64,000 nucleotides of DNA from an uncultured Acidobacteriota bacterium (GTDB lineage: Bacteria > Acidobacteriota > UBA6911): NCBI GenBank assembly GCA_963843575.1, contig CAWJKZ010000014.1, positions 576,001 to 640,000 of the forward strand. Direction: 5' to 3'. The notes under the pieces are model-generated. The model made no database searches, was not told where the DNA came from, and saw nothing but the letters and a program-made list of their open reading frames with translations. Both the position numbers and the translations under genes were made by a program. Positions 51,153 through 60,742 of this stretch are shown here, piece after piece (the first letter of the stretch is position 1; every line of letters starts with the position of its first letter).

Positions 51153-51893
51153 ATGACGGGAACCCCGTTCACCATCATGTCCGAAACCGCGAAACTGGCC
51201 CGAAGGTCGGGGTCGAAGTTCGCGATGTCCAGCTCGAACGGAGACGGCGGCGTCTTCACCGGAAATCACCGGGACGCCCCCGACCGAGCGCGGAAAGACG
51301 AACTTCGCACCGACTTCGTCCTCGTGAGGCGGGAAGTATGCGGCCAGCTTCAACTGCGGGAACCGCACGGTGGAAAGGTACGCCCGCAGCCTCATCGATT
51401 CCGTCGTCTGCACTTCAAGGAATTGACGGACGCGCAACTCCACACTGGGATCGTTGGAGCGGAATCCGACGGTCAATACGATCCACCGGGAAACATCGAG
51501 CGTCAACCCAGGTTCGAGCGCCCTGTCCAGTCTCAGTTTCTCTTCCGGGGGGAGTTTGTCGTAGTTCGCCTGGATCTGGCGTACGCGGGCATAGGCCTCC
51601 CGAATGGGACGTGCGGACAGGAAACGCACGAAGAAAGTGCTGTAGATTTCCTTTTCTCCGGAGAGCCCACTGCCGATGCCGCCGAGAATGCGCGTGTAGG
51701 TCTCCTGCCTCGCCCACGGGGACCGAGTGAGCAGCGCGACAGCCTCTTGCAGGCTCAATCGCCCGAAGTCCTCCGATTTCGGCCCCTGCGCGAAAAGCAT
51801 AGATGCGCCGGCCAGCAGTATGGTCAGCAACCGGACCTTGGCATCAGGGCGAGAAAAAGCTCGAGCAGTCGTTTTACGCGAACGGAGTGTCAT
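51149..51893 (-). CDS. Secreted hypothetical protein with one apparent +1 frameshift near 51240
   Basis: Signal-like LLTILLAGASMLFAQ. Deleting one base gives ...FELDIANFDPDLRASFAVSDMMVNGVPVI*, whose stop overlaps the receptor ATG (ATGA). Confidence 0.7.
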
Positions 51894-52149
51894 GCATACG
51901 TGGAGCCCGCAGGGCTGTGGCAGCGGACCATTGGCATATTAACCCAAACCGCGCACACAGTTCAAAGACAACTGGCAGTTGTCTCGTTGCACTGCGCCGG
52001 CGGCGTCGGAATCCGCTTGAGATTTCGTCGAGTCCCGTGCGGGGCCTTCGAGGTGGTTGGCGCCGGCTGGCTTCCCGCAAATGGGTGGTCAGGGATAAGG
52101 GATCGGCATCTTTCACCGGGCGACCCGGGCGACCCTTTCGATCACCCGG

Positions 52150-52737
52150 TCAATCGACCGGGCCTACGCGCGACATCGGCCAGTACCGGAACACCGCTTT
52201 GCCGTAGATCAGATCCCGCGAGACGAAACCCCAGTTCCGGCTGTCGTTACTGGAGTTCCTGTGGTCGCCCAGCACGAAGTACTCTCCGGCCGGAACTCTT
52301 TCTGTTCGCAGAGAATCATGGTCGCGGTACTCGGGCTTGAGGTACGGCTCGTCGACCTTCCGACCGTTGACGTATACCGATCCGTACCTGATCTCAAGCT
52401 CGTCGCCGGGGACGGCGACCACCCGCTTGATGAAGGACTTCGAGCGATCCCGGGGATACCAGAAGACGACGATGTCGCCGCGGTGGATGTCCGAGAACCG
52501 GTAAATGAAGCGGTTGACGAATATCCGCTCCTGGTCGACGAGCCTGGGGAGCATACTCGTGCCCTCGACCTTCACGGGCTGAATCACAAAAATGACGATG
52601 AAAATAGCCGTCGCAAAGGCGAACAGGATGTCGCGAAACCACGACTTCAGCTCCGCGAAGATTCTGTGGGGCATGCCTTTATCGTCAGCGTGAACAACCG
52701 GCTGAGGATCTGCCGGTTTTGCGCCAGTTTCGTCCAT
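52150..52737 (-). CDS. lepB: Signal peptidase I
   Basis: TM segment, EGTSM (Ser), FIKRV (Lys), GDHRNSSNDSR. Confidence 0.95.
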   Translation of the reverse strand: MDETGAKPADPQPVVHADDKGMPHRIFAELKSWFRDILFAFATAIFIVIFVIQPVKVEGTSMLPRLVDQERIFVNRFIYRFSDIHRGDIVVFWYPRDRSKSFIKRVVAVPGDELEIRYGSVYVNGRKVDEPYLKPEYRDHDSLRTERVPAGEYFVLGDHRNSSNDSRNWGFVSRDLIYGKAVFRYWPMSRVGPVD

Positions 52738-52900
52738 TGTCAAAATACATCCGTAGTATGCCGGAAACCGCAGTGGGCTGTCTCAGAGCATTAAGCTAAC
52801 AAACGGCTCAGGGTAACTCAACACCTTTGTAAGTGCCGGGCCACACCTTAATACCGGATCCGCGGGCAAAAGGTTCACCGCTGGCCGGGCGACGTCTCCG

Positions 52901-52928
52901 TTGATTTTCGGGGCGTAGTTGTTATAAT
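52901..52928 (+). promoter_or_regulatory. Sigma70 promoter with extended -10
   Basis: TTGATT-16 nt-TATAAT preceded by TGn, about 200 nt upstream of the radical SAM gene. Confidence 0.6.
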
Positions 52929-53126
52929 GCCCTGTTGCCTTCCGGCGGCAGGTGCAATCAGTGCCCTAACCAGCTAGATAGCAAACACTTAAAGTTGGGC
53001 GCGTCGGTCCGATGCACCCTCGGGTACTGCGCAGCCGCCTGCTCGTCCAGGAGCCGGGGCCGCAACTCATGCGGGAGGAGAAGACCGGCGGTTGCCGCCC
53101 GCTCTCATGGACGGAATAAGGCAGAC

Positions 53127-54467
53127 ATGGACATCGTCGTACTCAGCGCGTCCCGCCAGAAGAACTGCACTCTCAAGGATGTCGCCGGCGGATTCGGAAC
53201 CGTTTTCACGGTTGGGAACTCCCCGTTCGCCCGTCTCCTCGAAGTGGCCAAGCGGCGCATAGCGGCCGTCCCCAACATCACTCTCGCATACCTCGACTCG
53301 ATCCTGACCGCCAACGGGGCGCGCGTCCGGGTTCTGGACGTGCGGCGGATGGACCAACTGGTGCCGGCCGACCTGTATTTGATCGCGTCCTCGATGGTCG
53401 ACTGCCGCTTCGAGCACGAGATCGGCCTGCAGGCAAGACGGCGGTTTGGCTGCAAGGTCGGTTACTTCGGGACATTTGCGGCGGCGGTCCCCGATTACTA
53501 CGAGGAGGCAGCCGACTTCATCGTCCGGGACGAAATCGAAAACATTGCGCCCAACCTGGCGCGGGGAGAAATGCCGTCCGGAGTCGTGTCGGCCGGCTAT
53601 GTCGGGGACCTGAATGCCCTCCCCTTTCCCAGTTGGGACCAGTTCAACACGTCCAGGTTCAGGTACCAGATCATAACCAACAAGGGGATCACGCTTCCGA
53701 TGCTCGGCAGCCGCGGGTGCCCCTACACTTGCAACTACTGCCCTTACCTGGTCAACTCCAAATACCGGATGAGGACGCCGGCAAACATCGTTGATGAGAT
53801 CGAGTACCTCGTCAGGAAGTACCGGATACGCGGGATCACCTTCAGGGATCCGAACCTCACCTTCGACAAGGCGCGCGCCCACGAATTTGCGGAACTGATC
53901 CTGCGGAAGAGACTGAACGTGCGGTGGGGCATGGAGGCCCGAACGGACCGGCTGGACAAGGATCTGATCGAGCTCCTCCATCGTTCGGGACTGAGGAGCG
54001 TCGAAGTGGGTGTTGAGTCCGCGAACGAGAACACACTGCGGGAAAACCTGAGAAAGGCGATTCCCAAGCCGCACCAGGAACGCGTCATCGATCACTGCCA
54101 CCGGCTCGGCATCAGGGTTATCGCCAACTACACCTTCGGGCTGCTCAGCGACACTGCCGAAGGCATACACGAAACCATCCGGTACGCGAAGAAGCTCAAC
54201 ACGTTTGCCATACAATTCACCGTGACGACCCCGTATCCCGGGACGCAGTTCTATGACAAGGTCAAACACCTCATCTTCGATTCCGATTGGGAGCATTTCA
54301 ACGGCTGGACGAGCGTCTTCCGCCATCCCTCGATCCCGTCCGGGGAGCTACACCGGTTGCGCGAGTTCGCCTATGTCTCTTATCACCTGCGCCCGCGATA
54401 TGTCTGGCGTTTTCTGAAATCGACCGTGCTGCACGGGCTGTTCTTCCCCGAACCCGAAGTGAGCTGA
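53127..54467 (+). CDS. B12-binding-domain radical SAM protein
   Basis: SRGCPYTCNYC, GVES, TPYPGT. The N-terminal region resembles a cobalamin-binding domain. Confidence 0.88.
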   Translation: MDIVVLSASRQKNCTLKDVAGGFGTVFTVGNSPFARLLEVAKRRIAAVPNITLAYLDSILTANGARVRVLDVRRMDQLVPADLYLIASSMVDCRFEHEIGLQARRRFGCKVGYFGTFAAAVPDYYEEAADFIVRDEIENIAPNLARGEMPSGVVSAGYVGDLNALPFPSWDQFNTSRFRYQIITNKGITLPMLGSRGCPYTCNYCPYLVNSKYRMRTPANIVDEIEYLVRKYRIRGITFRDPNLTFDKARAHEFAELILRKRLNVRWGMEARTDRLDKDLIELLHRSGLRSVEVGVESANENTLRENLRKAIPKPHQERVIDHCHRLGIRVIANYTFGLLSDTAEGIHETIRYAKKLNTFAIQFTVTTPYPGTQFYDKVKHLIFDSDWEHFNGWTSVFRHPSIPSGELHRLREFAYVSYHLRPRYVWRFLKSTVLHGLFFPEPEVS

Positions 54468-54491
54468 AGCACGGAATGCGTCGGGATTCCG

Positions 54492-55421
54492 ATGTCTGGT
54501 CAAGCGACCCCGTTCGTGACCGCCGCCCTGTGGCTGGTCGTCGGTGCGCTCCTCGGCTGGGGCGCGTCTCCGTCGCCGGTCTTCGTGACCGCCAGCTTCC
54601 AGGACCGGAACGGCCTGTTTCTGGAAAACCTCTCCAAGGCCGACCTCCAGGTTTTCGAAGACGGCACCCCCCGCCCGATCGAGTTCCTCGCCATGAACGA
54701 GCTCCAAGTCGCGTACGGGATCATCTTCGAACGCGGCCTGATTGAGGACGAGCATTGGCAGGACAGGAGGGCCGACACGCGCCGGTTGCCAGGCATCCAA
54801 TCCGCGCAGGAAATCGCCTATGAGCTGATCGATAAAAGCCTCGGGCAGCAGGCCGTCTGGGTCGGGGCATACGACGAGGAGCTCGAGGTGGTTCTCGAGC
54901 CGACCGCCGACGGCTTTCGCGCCAAAGACGCGATCCACCGCATCCGCGGGGCCGGGCGAGTCCAGTCGTTCCTCTACTCCGCGCTGTTTGCCGCCGTGCA
55001 GAAGATGTCCGAGCGTCCGGAACGACGCCGCGTCCTCATCGTTCTCCTCGACCAGGTCGATGCCAGGACCGCCGACAAAGTCCAGCCACTGAAAAATCTC
55101 CTCGCCGCCTCCAACGTCGAAGTGTTCACCATCAGCTTCGGGTCGCGGACCGGCACCGGCAGAGACGGGATGTCTTCCGTCCTGAGTCAGGCCGCCGCGC
55201 GGGACCTCGCCAGGGCGACCTGCGGGGAGGCCTTCTTCGCGGCGGACTACCGGGAGCACCTGGACGACATCTCACGCCGGCTCCTCAGTCAGATCCGGAC
55301 CTTTTACACGATCGGGTATCAATCCGAAGCGGCCCCGGACAAAGGCGCCAAGCTCACCATCCGCTGCGCTGTGCCGGGATCGAGGGCAAAGCACCATCCC
55401 GCAGTCCCCGTACTGCATTAA
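54492..55421 (+). CDS. Exported VWA-related protein (acidobacterial type)
   Basis: Signal peptide, NLSKADLQVFEDG, RRVLIVLLD, LARATCGEAF, YTIGY. Canonical DxSxS is absent. Confidence 0.8.
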   Translation: MSGQATPFVTAALWLVVGALLGWGASPSPVFVTASFQDRNGLFLENLSKADLQVFEDGTPRPIEFLAMNELQVAYGIIFERGLIEDEHWQDRRADTRRLPGIQSAQEIAYELIDKSLGQQAVWVGAYDEELEVVLEPTADGFRAKDAIHRIRGAGRVQSFLYSALFAAVQKMSERPERRRVLIVLLDQVDARTADKVQPLKNLLAASNVEVFTISFGSRTGTGRDGMSSVLSQAAARDLARATCGEAFFAADYREHLDDISRRLLSQIRTFYTIGYQSEAAPDKGAKLTIRCAVPGSRAKHHPAVPVLH

Positions 55422-55539
55422 TTCAGAAGCCGGTGCGCCGGGCATTATTGCCGTCGCCCGCGGCTTTGCCGCCGCACGCCCGCTCCAGTAATGTTTGGCC
55501 CCCGTGAGACGATAAGGGATTCAGTCCTGGAAGAGGTTT

Positions 55540-56751
55540 ATGGCGGGGAAGCATCAAAAGTTCTGGACGTTTGGCGGGGGCAAGGGGGGGGTCGGCAAGA
55601 GCTTCCTGACGGCGTCAATCGGGGTGGTGCTCGCCCGCATGGGCAAGTCCGTGATCGCGGTGGACGCGGACCTCGGTTCGGCCAACCTCCACACGTACCT
55701 GGGGATCAAGAGTCCCAGCCACACCCTCACCGACCTGCTGCAGCATCGCGCTTCAGTCGATCAGATCCTGCTGCCGACGCCCGTTGCGGGGCTGCGCATC
55801 ATCAGCTGCGCCGGCGATATCCTCGGAATGGCCAACCCGTTGTTCGGCGAAAAAGAAAGGATGATGAGCGTCATCTCCGATCTGGATGCCGACTACGTCC
55901 TGGTCGACCTGGGGGCCGGAACGTCATTCAATGTGCTGGATTTCTTCAATATGTCCGACGAAGGCATCGTGATCGTCTCGCCCGATCCCGCGTCGATGCA
56001 GAACGCCTATGCCTTCATCAAGAGCGCCATCTACCGGCGCATTCAGCGGCAGCTCGGGAACAACGAGGCCGTGGTCATGGCCCTGAAGCAGTCTCGCGAG
56101 ATGCCGCCGAACAAACCTCGCAGGATGGTCGATTTTTACGACCTGCTTTGCACATCGGACCCGAGAGCGGCCGAGGCGGTGGCGACACTCGTCGATGGCT
56201 ACCGGCCGATGATGATCGTCAACATGGCCGGCGCCGAGCAGGACCAGCGCGTGGCCGAGATACTTCAATCGGCGTCGAAGACTTTCCTGAACGTGGACAT
56301 CCGCTTCTGCGGCTTGGTCGCGTCCGATCCCGCCGTGCGGCGGGCATGCCAGCGCATGACGGTCCTGAACTTCGACGCCCCCGGCTGCGTCGCGGCGCAG
56401 CAGATCCGCAAGGCAGCGGAACGCCTGCTGAATTACTCGGAGCGCCGGCCCCAGGAAGACGGGAACGAGCGCCCGGTGCCCGGCACGCCGACGATGGGGC
56501 TGAACGACAACCTCGACTTCCTGGGGCGGCAGCTGCACATCCAGACCGAGGACCTCGGCTACACCGGCCGCTGCATCCAGACCCAGGTGTTTTGCGACGG
56601 CCGCGTTCTGCTCTCGACCAAGTCGGAGTATCCCGCTTCGGTGCAGCAACAGGCTGACCGCAGCCAACTGGTCGAGCTTATGCACAAACAGCACTACAAC
56701 GTCATCCGCGAGCTGGAGAGCAAGAAAGTCCGGATTCTCCGGCCCGCGTGA
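55540..56751 (+). CDS. FlhG/MinD-like ATPase with an extra C-terminal domain
   Basis: Deviant Walker A GGKGGVGKS, VDADLGSANLH, DLGAGTSFNVLDFF, NAYAFIK. Confidence 0.88.
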   Translation: MAGKHQKFWTFGGGKGGVGKSFLTASIGVVLARMGKSVIAVDADLGSANLHTYLGIKSPSHTLTDLLQHRASVDQILLPTPVAGLRIISCAGDILGMANPLFGEKERMMSVISDLDADYVLVDLGAGTSFNVLDFFNMSDEGIVIVSPDPASMQNAYAFIKSAIYRRIQRQLGNNEAVVMALKQSREMPPNKPRRMVDFYDLLCTSDPRAAEAVATLVDGYRPMMIVNMAGAEQDQRVAEILQSASKTFLNVDIRFCGLVASDPAVRRACQRMTVLNFDAPGCVAAQQIRKAAERLLNYSERRPQEDGNERPVPGTPTMGLNDNLDFLGRQLHIQTEDLGYTGRCIQTQVFCDGRVLLSTKSEYPASVQQQADRSQLVELMHKQHYNVIRELESKKVRILRPA

Positions 56752-56770
56752 CCCGACGCCCGGATTGCCC

Positions 56771-57877
56771 ATGTCCAACAGCATTCCCCCGACGATACTG
56801 ATCGTAGACGACGAGCCGCACATTCGGGAAATTCTCGCCCACAACCTCTCTGGCAAATATGGGAAGTGTGTCATTTCGCACAGCGCCTTCGACGCCCTGA
56901 ACAAGGTAAAACACAACCTGTTTTCACTCGTGATCACCGACATCATGATGCCGGGCATGTCCGGAATGGAGCTGCTGCGCTTCGTCAAGAAGCACAGCCC
57001 CGACACGGCCGTCATCATGATCACGGGGGTGATGGACATCTCGGCGGCGGTGGACTCCCTGCGCAGCGGCGCGTGCGACTTCATCACGAAGCCGTTCGAC
57101 CTGCTCTCGCTGCGCCGCGCCGTCGACGGGGCCCTGGAACGGCGCCAGCTCCAACTGGAAAACCGTCACTACCAGGAGGAGCTCGAGAGAAAGGTCGAGG
57201 AGCGCTCGATCGAACTGAAAGCCGCGCTTCACGACGTCGAAGAGAGCTACCGGATGACACTGGAGGCGCTGGTCAGCGCGTTGGACGCACGCGAACACGA
57301 GACCCAGGCCCACTCCCAGCGGGTGCGTGCCTACACGCTCGCACTGGCGCAGCGGATCGGGTTCCCGCCCGACGAACTCGTGAACATCGGGCGCGGCGCA
57401 CTCCTGCACGATGTCGGGAAAATGGGGGTACCCGATTCGATCCTGCTGAAACCGGGCCGGCTCACGGCCGAAGAGTGGTGCGAAATGCGCCGCCACCCCT
57501 CCATCGGCTACGACATCCTGCGCAACATCAGTTTCCTGGCCCCGGCCGCGGAGATCGTCCTGTGTCACCAGGAGCGGTGGGACGGCACAGGGTATCCGGG
57601 GCAACTCGGCGAAGCGGACATCCCCCTCGGGGCACGCATCTTCGCGGTGGCCGACACGTTGGATGCCATGACGAGCCACCGCCCCTACCGGAAGGCGATG
57701 TCCTTCCAGACCGCCGCGGAGGAAGTCCGGCGCTGCGCCGGGACGCAGTTCGATCCGTACGTCGTCGAAGCCTTCCTGAGCGTGTCGCTTGACTTCTGGG
57801 AAAGCATTCATGAGGACGTTGCCCGCACAGCCCGGGCGGACGGATGCTACAATGTGATATGCCGCAAGCAAGGGTAG
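56771..57877 (+). CDS. Response regulator with HD-GYP domain (c-di-GMP phosphodiesterase)
   Basis: REC domain, HSQRV, LHDVGK, HQERWDGTGYP, RPYRK. Confidence 0.93.
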   Translation: MSNSIPPTILIVDDEPHIREILAHNLSGKYGKCVISHSAFDALNKVKHNLFSLVITDIMMPGMSGMELLRFVKKHSPDTAVIMITGVMDISAAVDSLRSGACDFITKPFDLLSLRRAVDGALERRQLQLENRHYQEELERKVEERSIELKAALHDVEESYRMTLEALVSALDAREHETQAHSQRVRAYTLALAQRIGFPPDELVNIGRGALLHDVGKMGVPDSILLKPGRLTAEEWCEMRRHPSIGYDILRNISFLAPAAEIVLCHQERWDGTGYPGQLGEADIPLGARIFAVADTLDAMTSHRPYRKAMSFQTAAEEVRRCAGTQFDPYVVEAFLSVSLDFWESIHEDVARTARADGCYNVICRKQG

Positions 57878-58800
57878 TCCCGATCAACCATTCGCAGCGC
57901 GAGTCGATCCGAGCCCTGATGCTCGAGGAGGAGGCGGCGTGGTTGGAGGACTTGTCCTGGGACTACGCGCCGATCCGGCAGATCCTCTTCTCTTTTCTCG
58001 AACAAGACCTCCTTCCCGGGTATGTTGCCCTGGACGGGAATCGTCCCCTCAGCTACAGCTACTATCTCTCGCACAATCGGAAAGGGATTGTCGGCGCACT
58101 ATACGCCGCGAGGGCCGAGCACGCGCAGGAAGTCGCGCTCGACGTCCTCGGCCGGGTGCTGGAATCGCTGAAGGGACCCGAGACGGCGCGGCGCATCGAA
58201 GCCCAGCTCATGCCGTTTCACCACCTCAACCCGACGCCGGCATTCACCCGCTTCGGATTTCAGCACTACACCCGCTACTTCGTCGAACTGCAGCTCGATC
58301 AGTCGGAGTGGCACCGCGCCCAACCCCGCTCCGGGCACATCGCACCCTGGGATTCGGCCTTCCTCCGGTTGGCGGCCGACGTCGCCTTCAGGAGCTACCA
58401 GGACCAGATGGATGCCCTGATCTGCGAGGACTACTGCTCGACGGCGGGATGCGAGGGGTACCTGCGCAGCCTGGTCGAGAATCCCGGGTGCGGCGTTTTC
58501 GTTCCTGGCGCTTCGTTCCTGGCGCTGGACGGTCGCGGCCTGCCTTGTGGCTTCATCATTGGCTCCCGGATATCTGCAGGCGCCGGGATGATTCCGCAGG
58601 TTGCCATGCTCCCCTCGTTCCAGGGTCAGGGTCTCGGCAACGCCCTCATGCGCCACGCTCTGTTTGCGTTCAAGGCGCTCGGATACCGTACCGTGAGCCT
58701 CACGGTGACCAAGAAAAACCGCCGCGCCTTCGAATGGTACCAGCGCCTAGGATTCAAGCTGCGCAAGGAATTCGGGGCATACGTGTGGAACCGGGGCTGA
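57859..58800 (+). CDS. GNAT acetyltransferase (tandem fold)
   Basis: QGQGLG acetyl-CoA motif, LTVTKKN..A..WYQRLGF. Confidence 0.85.
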   Translation: MPQARVVPINHSQRESIRALMLEEEAAWLEDLSWDYAPIRQILFSFLEQDLLPGYVALDGNRPLSYSYYLSHNRKGIVGALYAARAEHAQEVALDVLGRVLESLKGPETARRIEAQLMPFHHLNPTPAFTRFGFQHYTRYFVELQLDQSEWHRAQPRSGHIAPWDSAFLRLAADVAFRSYQDQMDALICEDYCSTAGCEGYLRSLVENPGCGVFVPGASFLALDGRGLPCGFIIGSRISAGAGMIPQVAMLPSFQGQGLGNALMRHALFAFKALGYRTVSLTVTKKNRRAFEWYQRLGFKLRKEFGAYVWNRG

Positions 58801-58801
58801 G

Positions 58802-59620
58802 CTACTTCGGCTCGAGCTCCGCATAGCGGGGATCCAGGACGACCACATCGACGCGGCGGTTTTTCGACCTTCCCTCCTCCGTGTCGTTGGTCGCCACGGG
58901 CCGGTATTCGGCATAGCCGGCGGCGGACATGCTGTCCGGGGAAAGGCCGAACTGAGTCACCAGGTAGGCCACGATCGCCGTGGCCCTCGCGGTGGAGAGC
59001 TCCCAGTTGGAAGGGAAACGGGAGTTGCGGATCGGCACGTTGTCGGTGTGACCCTCGATCCGAATGTGATTCTGTGCCGAGGTCAGTCCGGTCGCGATGG
59101 CGTCGAGGAGTCTGCGCCCCTCGGGCTTGATCTGGTCGCATCCCGAATCGAAAAAGCCGCCCTCCCCAAGGCTGATGATCAGGCCCCGCCCCTCCAACCG
59201 GGTCCGGACCATGGCGTTACGCAGCGCCTCCGGCCCCACCAGCGACTCGATGCTGCGCTTGAGCGCGCCCAGCGCGCCCCCCGGCTTTCCCCCAGGCCCG
59301 GGAGAAAAACCCGCCCGCAGCGCGTGGTCCCGCAGCGCTCCTTCCTTCGAAACGGTTATGGTGGCGGCAGCCTCTTTCCCTCCCTCCTTGCCGTTCCCCT
59401 CGCCTTTGCTCAACGAGAGCGTGCTGCTGCCGGTTTCGAACATGGTGCTGTCGAAGGAAGCCCTCATGGACTGGACCATCTTCCCCATTTTTTGTGCGTC
59501 CACGGTCGAGATGGCGTAGAGCGTGGTAAAAAAAGCGAAGAGGAGAGTGATGAAATCGGCGTAGGAGACAAGCCAGCGCTCGTGGTTCACGTGCTCCGGC
59601 GCTTTCTTCCTGCGGCCCAT
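58802..59620 (-). CDS. motB: Flagellar stator protein MotB
   Basis: HERWLVSYADFITLLFAFF, OmpA-like domain EGHTDN, NWELSTARA, NRRV. Confidence 0.95.
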   Translation of the reverse strand: MGRRKKAPEHVNHERWLVSYADFITLLFAFFTTLYAISTVDAQKMGKMVQSMRASFDSTMFETGSSTLSLSKGEGNGKEGGKEAAATITVSKEGALRDHALRAGFSPGPGGKPGGALGALKRSIESLVGPEALRNAMVRTRLEGRGLIISLGEGGFFDSGCDQIKPEGRRLLDAIATGLTSAQNHIRIEGHTDNVPIRNSRFPSNWELSTARATAIVAYLVTQFGLSPDSMSAAGYAEYRPVATNDTEEGRSKNRRVDVVVLDPRYAELEPK

Positions 59621-59647
59621 GCTGGACTCCCACTCGAGGACTGGACG

Positions 59648-60445
59648 TTACGCGGCTTTCTTGTGCGCCGACTCCGCCGCGGCGGCGGCCTCCTCCTGTT
59701 CCTTCCGGCTGAGGAAGCTCTTGAGCTTGTCCTCGATGAGGCGTGGATTCTCCCCTTCCAGGATGGAGATGACCCCGATGAGCATGATCTCCTTGGCGAC
59801 CATCAGGGAGCGCGTCTTCTGCTTGAGCTTGCCCGAGATCGGGAGGTAGAACACGTTCGCGGTGACCAACCCATACACGGTGGCGACGAAAGCCACAGCG
59901 ATGCCGCTGCCGAGTTTGCTGGGGTCGCTCAGGTTCTCCATCACGTGGATCAACCCGAGCACGGCGCCGATGATGCCGATGGTGGGCGAGTAGCCGCCCG
60001 CAGACTCCCAGAACTTGATGGGGTGCTCGGCTTCGTCCTCGATGTTGGAGATCTCCATCTCCATCGTCTCCCGGAGGATTTTCGGTTCCACCCCGTCGAC
60101 CGCCATCGTGAGTGCTTTCCTGAGGAACGGGTCGGTGGATTCCTGCATCTCCGCCTCGAGCGAGATGATCCCCTCCTTGCGGGCTTTCATGGCGAACCGG
60201 ATGATCTCGGCGATCACTTCCCTGTTGTTCACCTTCCGGTCCAGGAATGCCTGCTGCACGGCTTTGAAGCTCCGGACCACCACGGGGAGGGGAAACTGAA
60301 CCAGGCACGCTCCGAAGGTCCCACCGATCACGATGATAGCCGCCGTCGGTTGGAGGAGCGAGTGGACGTTGCCCCCCTCGAGCGCCTGGCCGCCAAGGAT
60401 GGCGCCTAACGCCAGCAGAATCCCGAGAATGGTAGCCAGATCCAT
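59648..60445 (-). CDS. motA: Flagellar stator protein MotA
   Basis: ARKEGIISLE, YSPTIGIIGAVLGLI, AFVATVYG, GENP. Confidence 0.95.
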   Translation of the reverse strand: MDLATILGILLALGAILGGQALEGGNVHSLLQPTAAIIVIGGTFGACLVQFPLPVVVRSFKAVQQAFLDRKVNNREVIAEIIRFAMKARKEGIISLEAEMQESTDPFLRKALTMAVDGVEPKILRETMEMEISNIEDEAEHPIKFWESAGGYSPTIGIIGAVLGLIHVMENLSDPSKLGSGIAVAFVATVYGLVTANVFYLPISGKLKQKTRSLMVAKEIMLIGVISILEGENPRLIEDKLKSFLSRKEQEEAAAAAESAHKKAA

Positions 60446-60459
60446 CGTTGCTCCCCGAA

Positions 60460-60696
60460 TCAGTCTGCCGCGTCGCCTGCCGGCACGCGCCGGATGTTTC
60501 TTTCCGCCTCCACAAGTCCGGCGACGGTCTTGCGGTACGCCACGATCTTCTGGATGATGTCGGCCATCGACTGCTGGACGACGACCTTGTCGCCGGTCGT
60601 CAGGGTGATGACGGAGTCCGGCGTCTCCTCGATGTACTCGATCAGATCGCAGTTGACCGCGATCGGGGCCTTGTTGATCTTCGTCAGCAGTATCAT
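60460..60696 (-). CDS. flbD: Flagellar FlbD family protein
   Basis: MILLTKIN...VNCDLIEYIEETPDSVITL. Directly upstream of motA. Confidence 0.9.
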   Translation of the reverse strand: MILLTKINKAPIAVNCDLIEYIEETPDSVITLTTGDKVVVQQSMADIIQKIVAYRKTVAGLVEAERNIRRVPAGDAAD

Positions 60697-60742
60697 ACGG
60701 TCATGGGCGTTTGAACCCGTCGGGCATATCGGCAACCGAGCC

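Noticed and set aside
49875-51893. Apparent 672-aa fusion protein
   Set aside because: Created by a +1 insertion near 51240. A second signal peptide begins at 51152.
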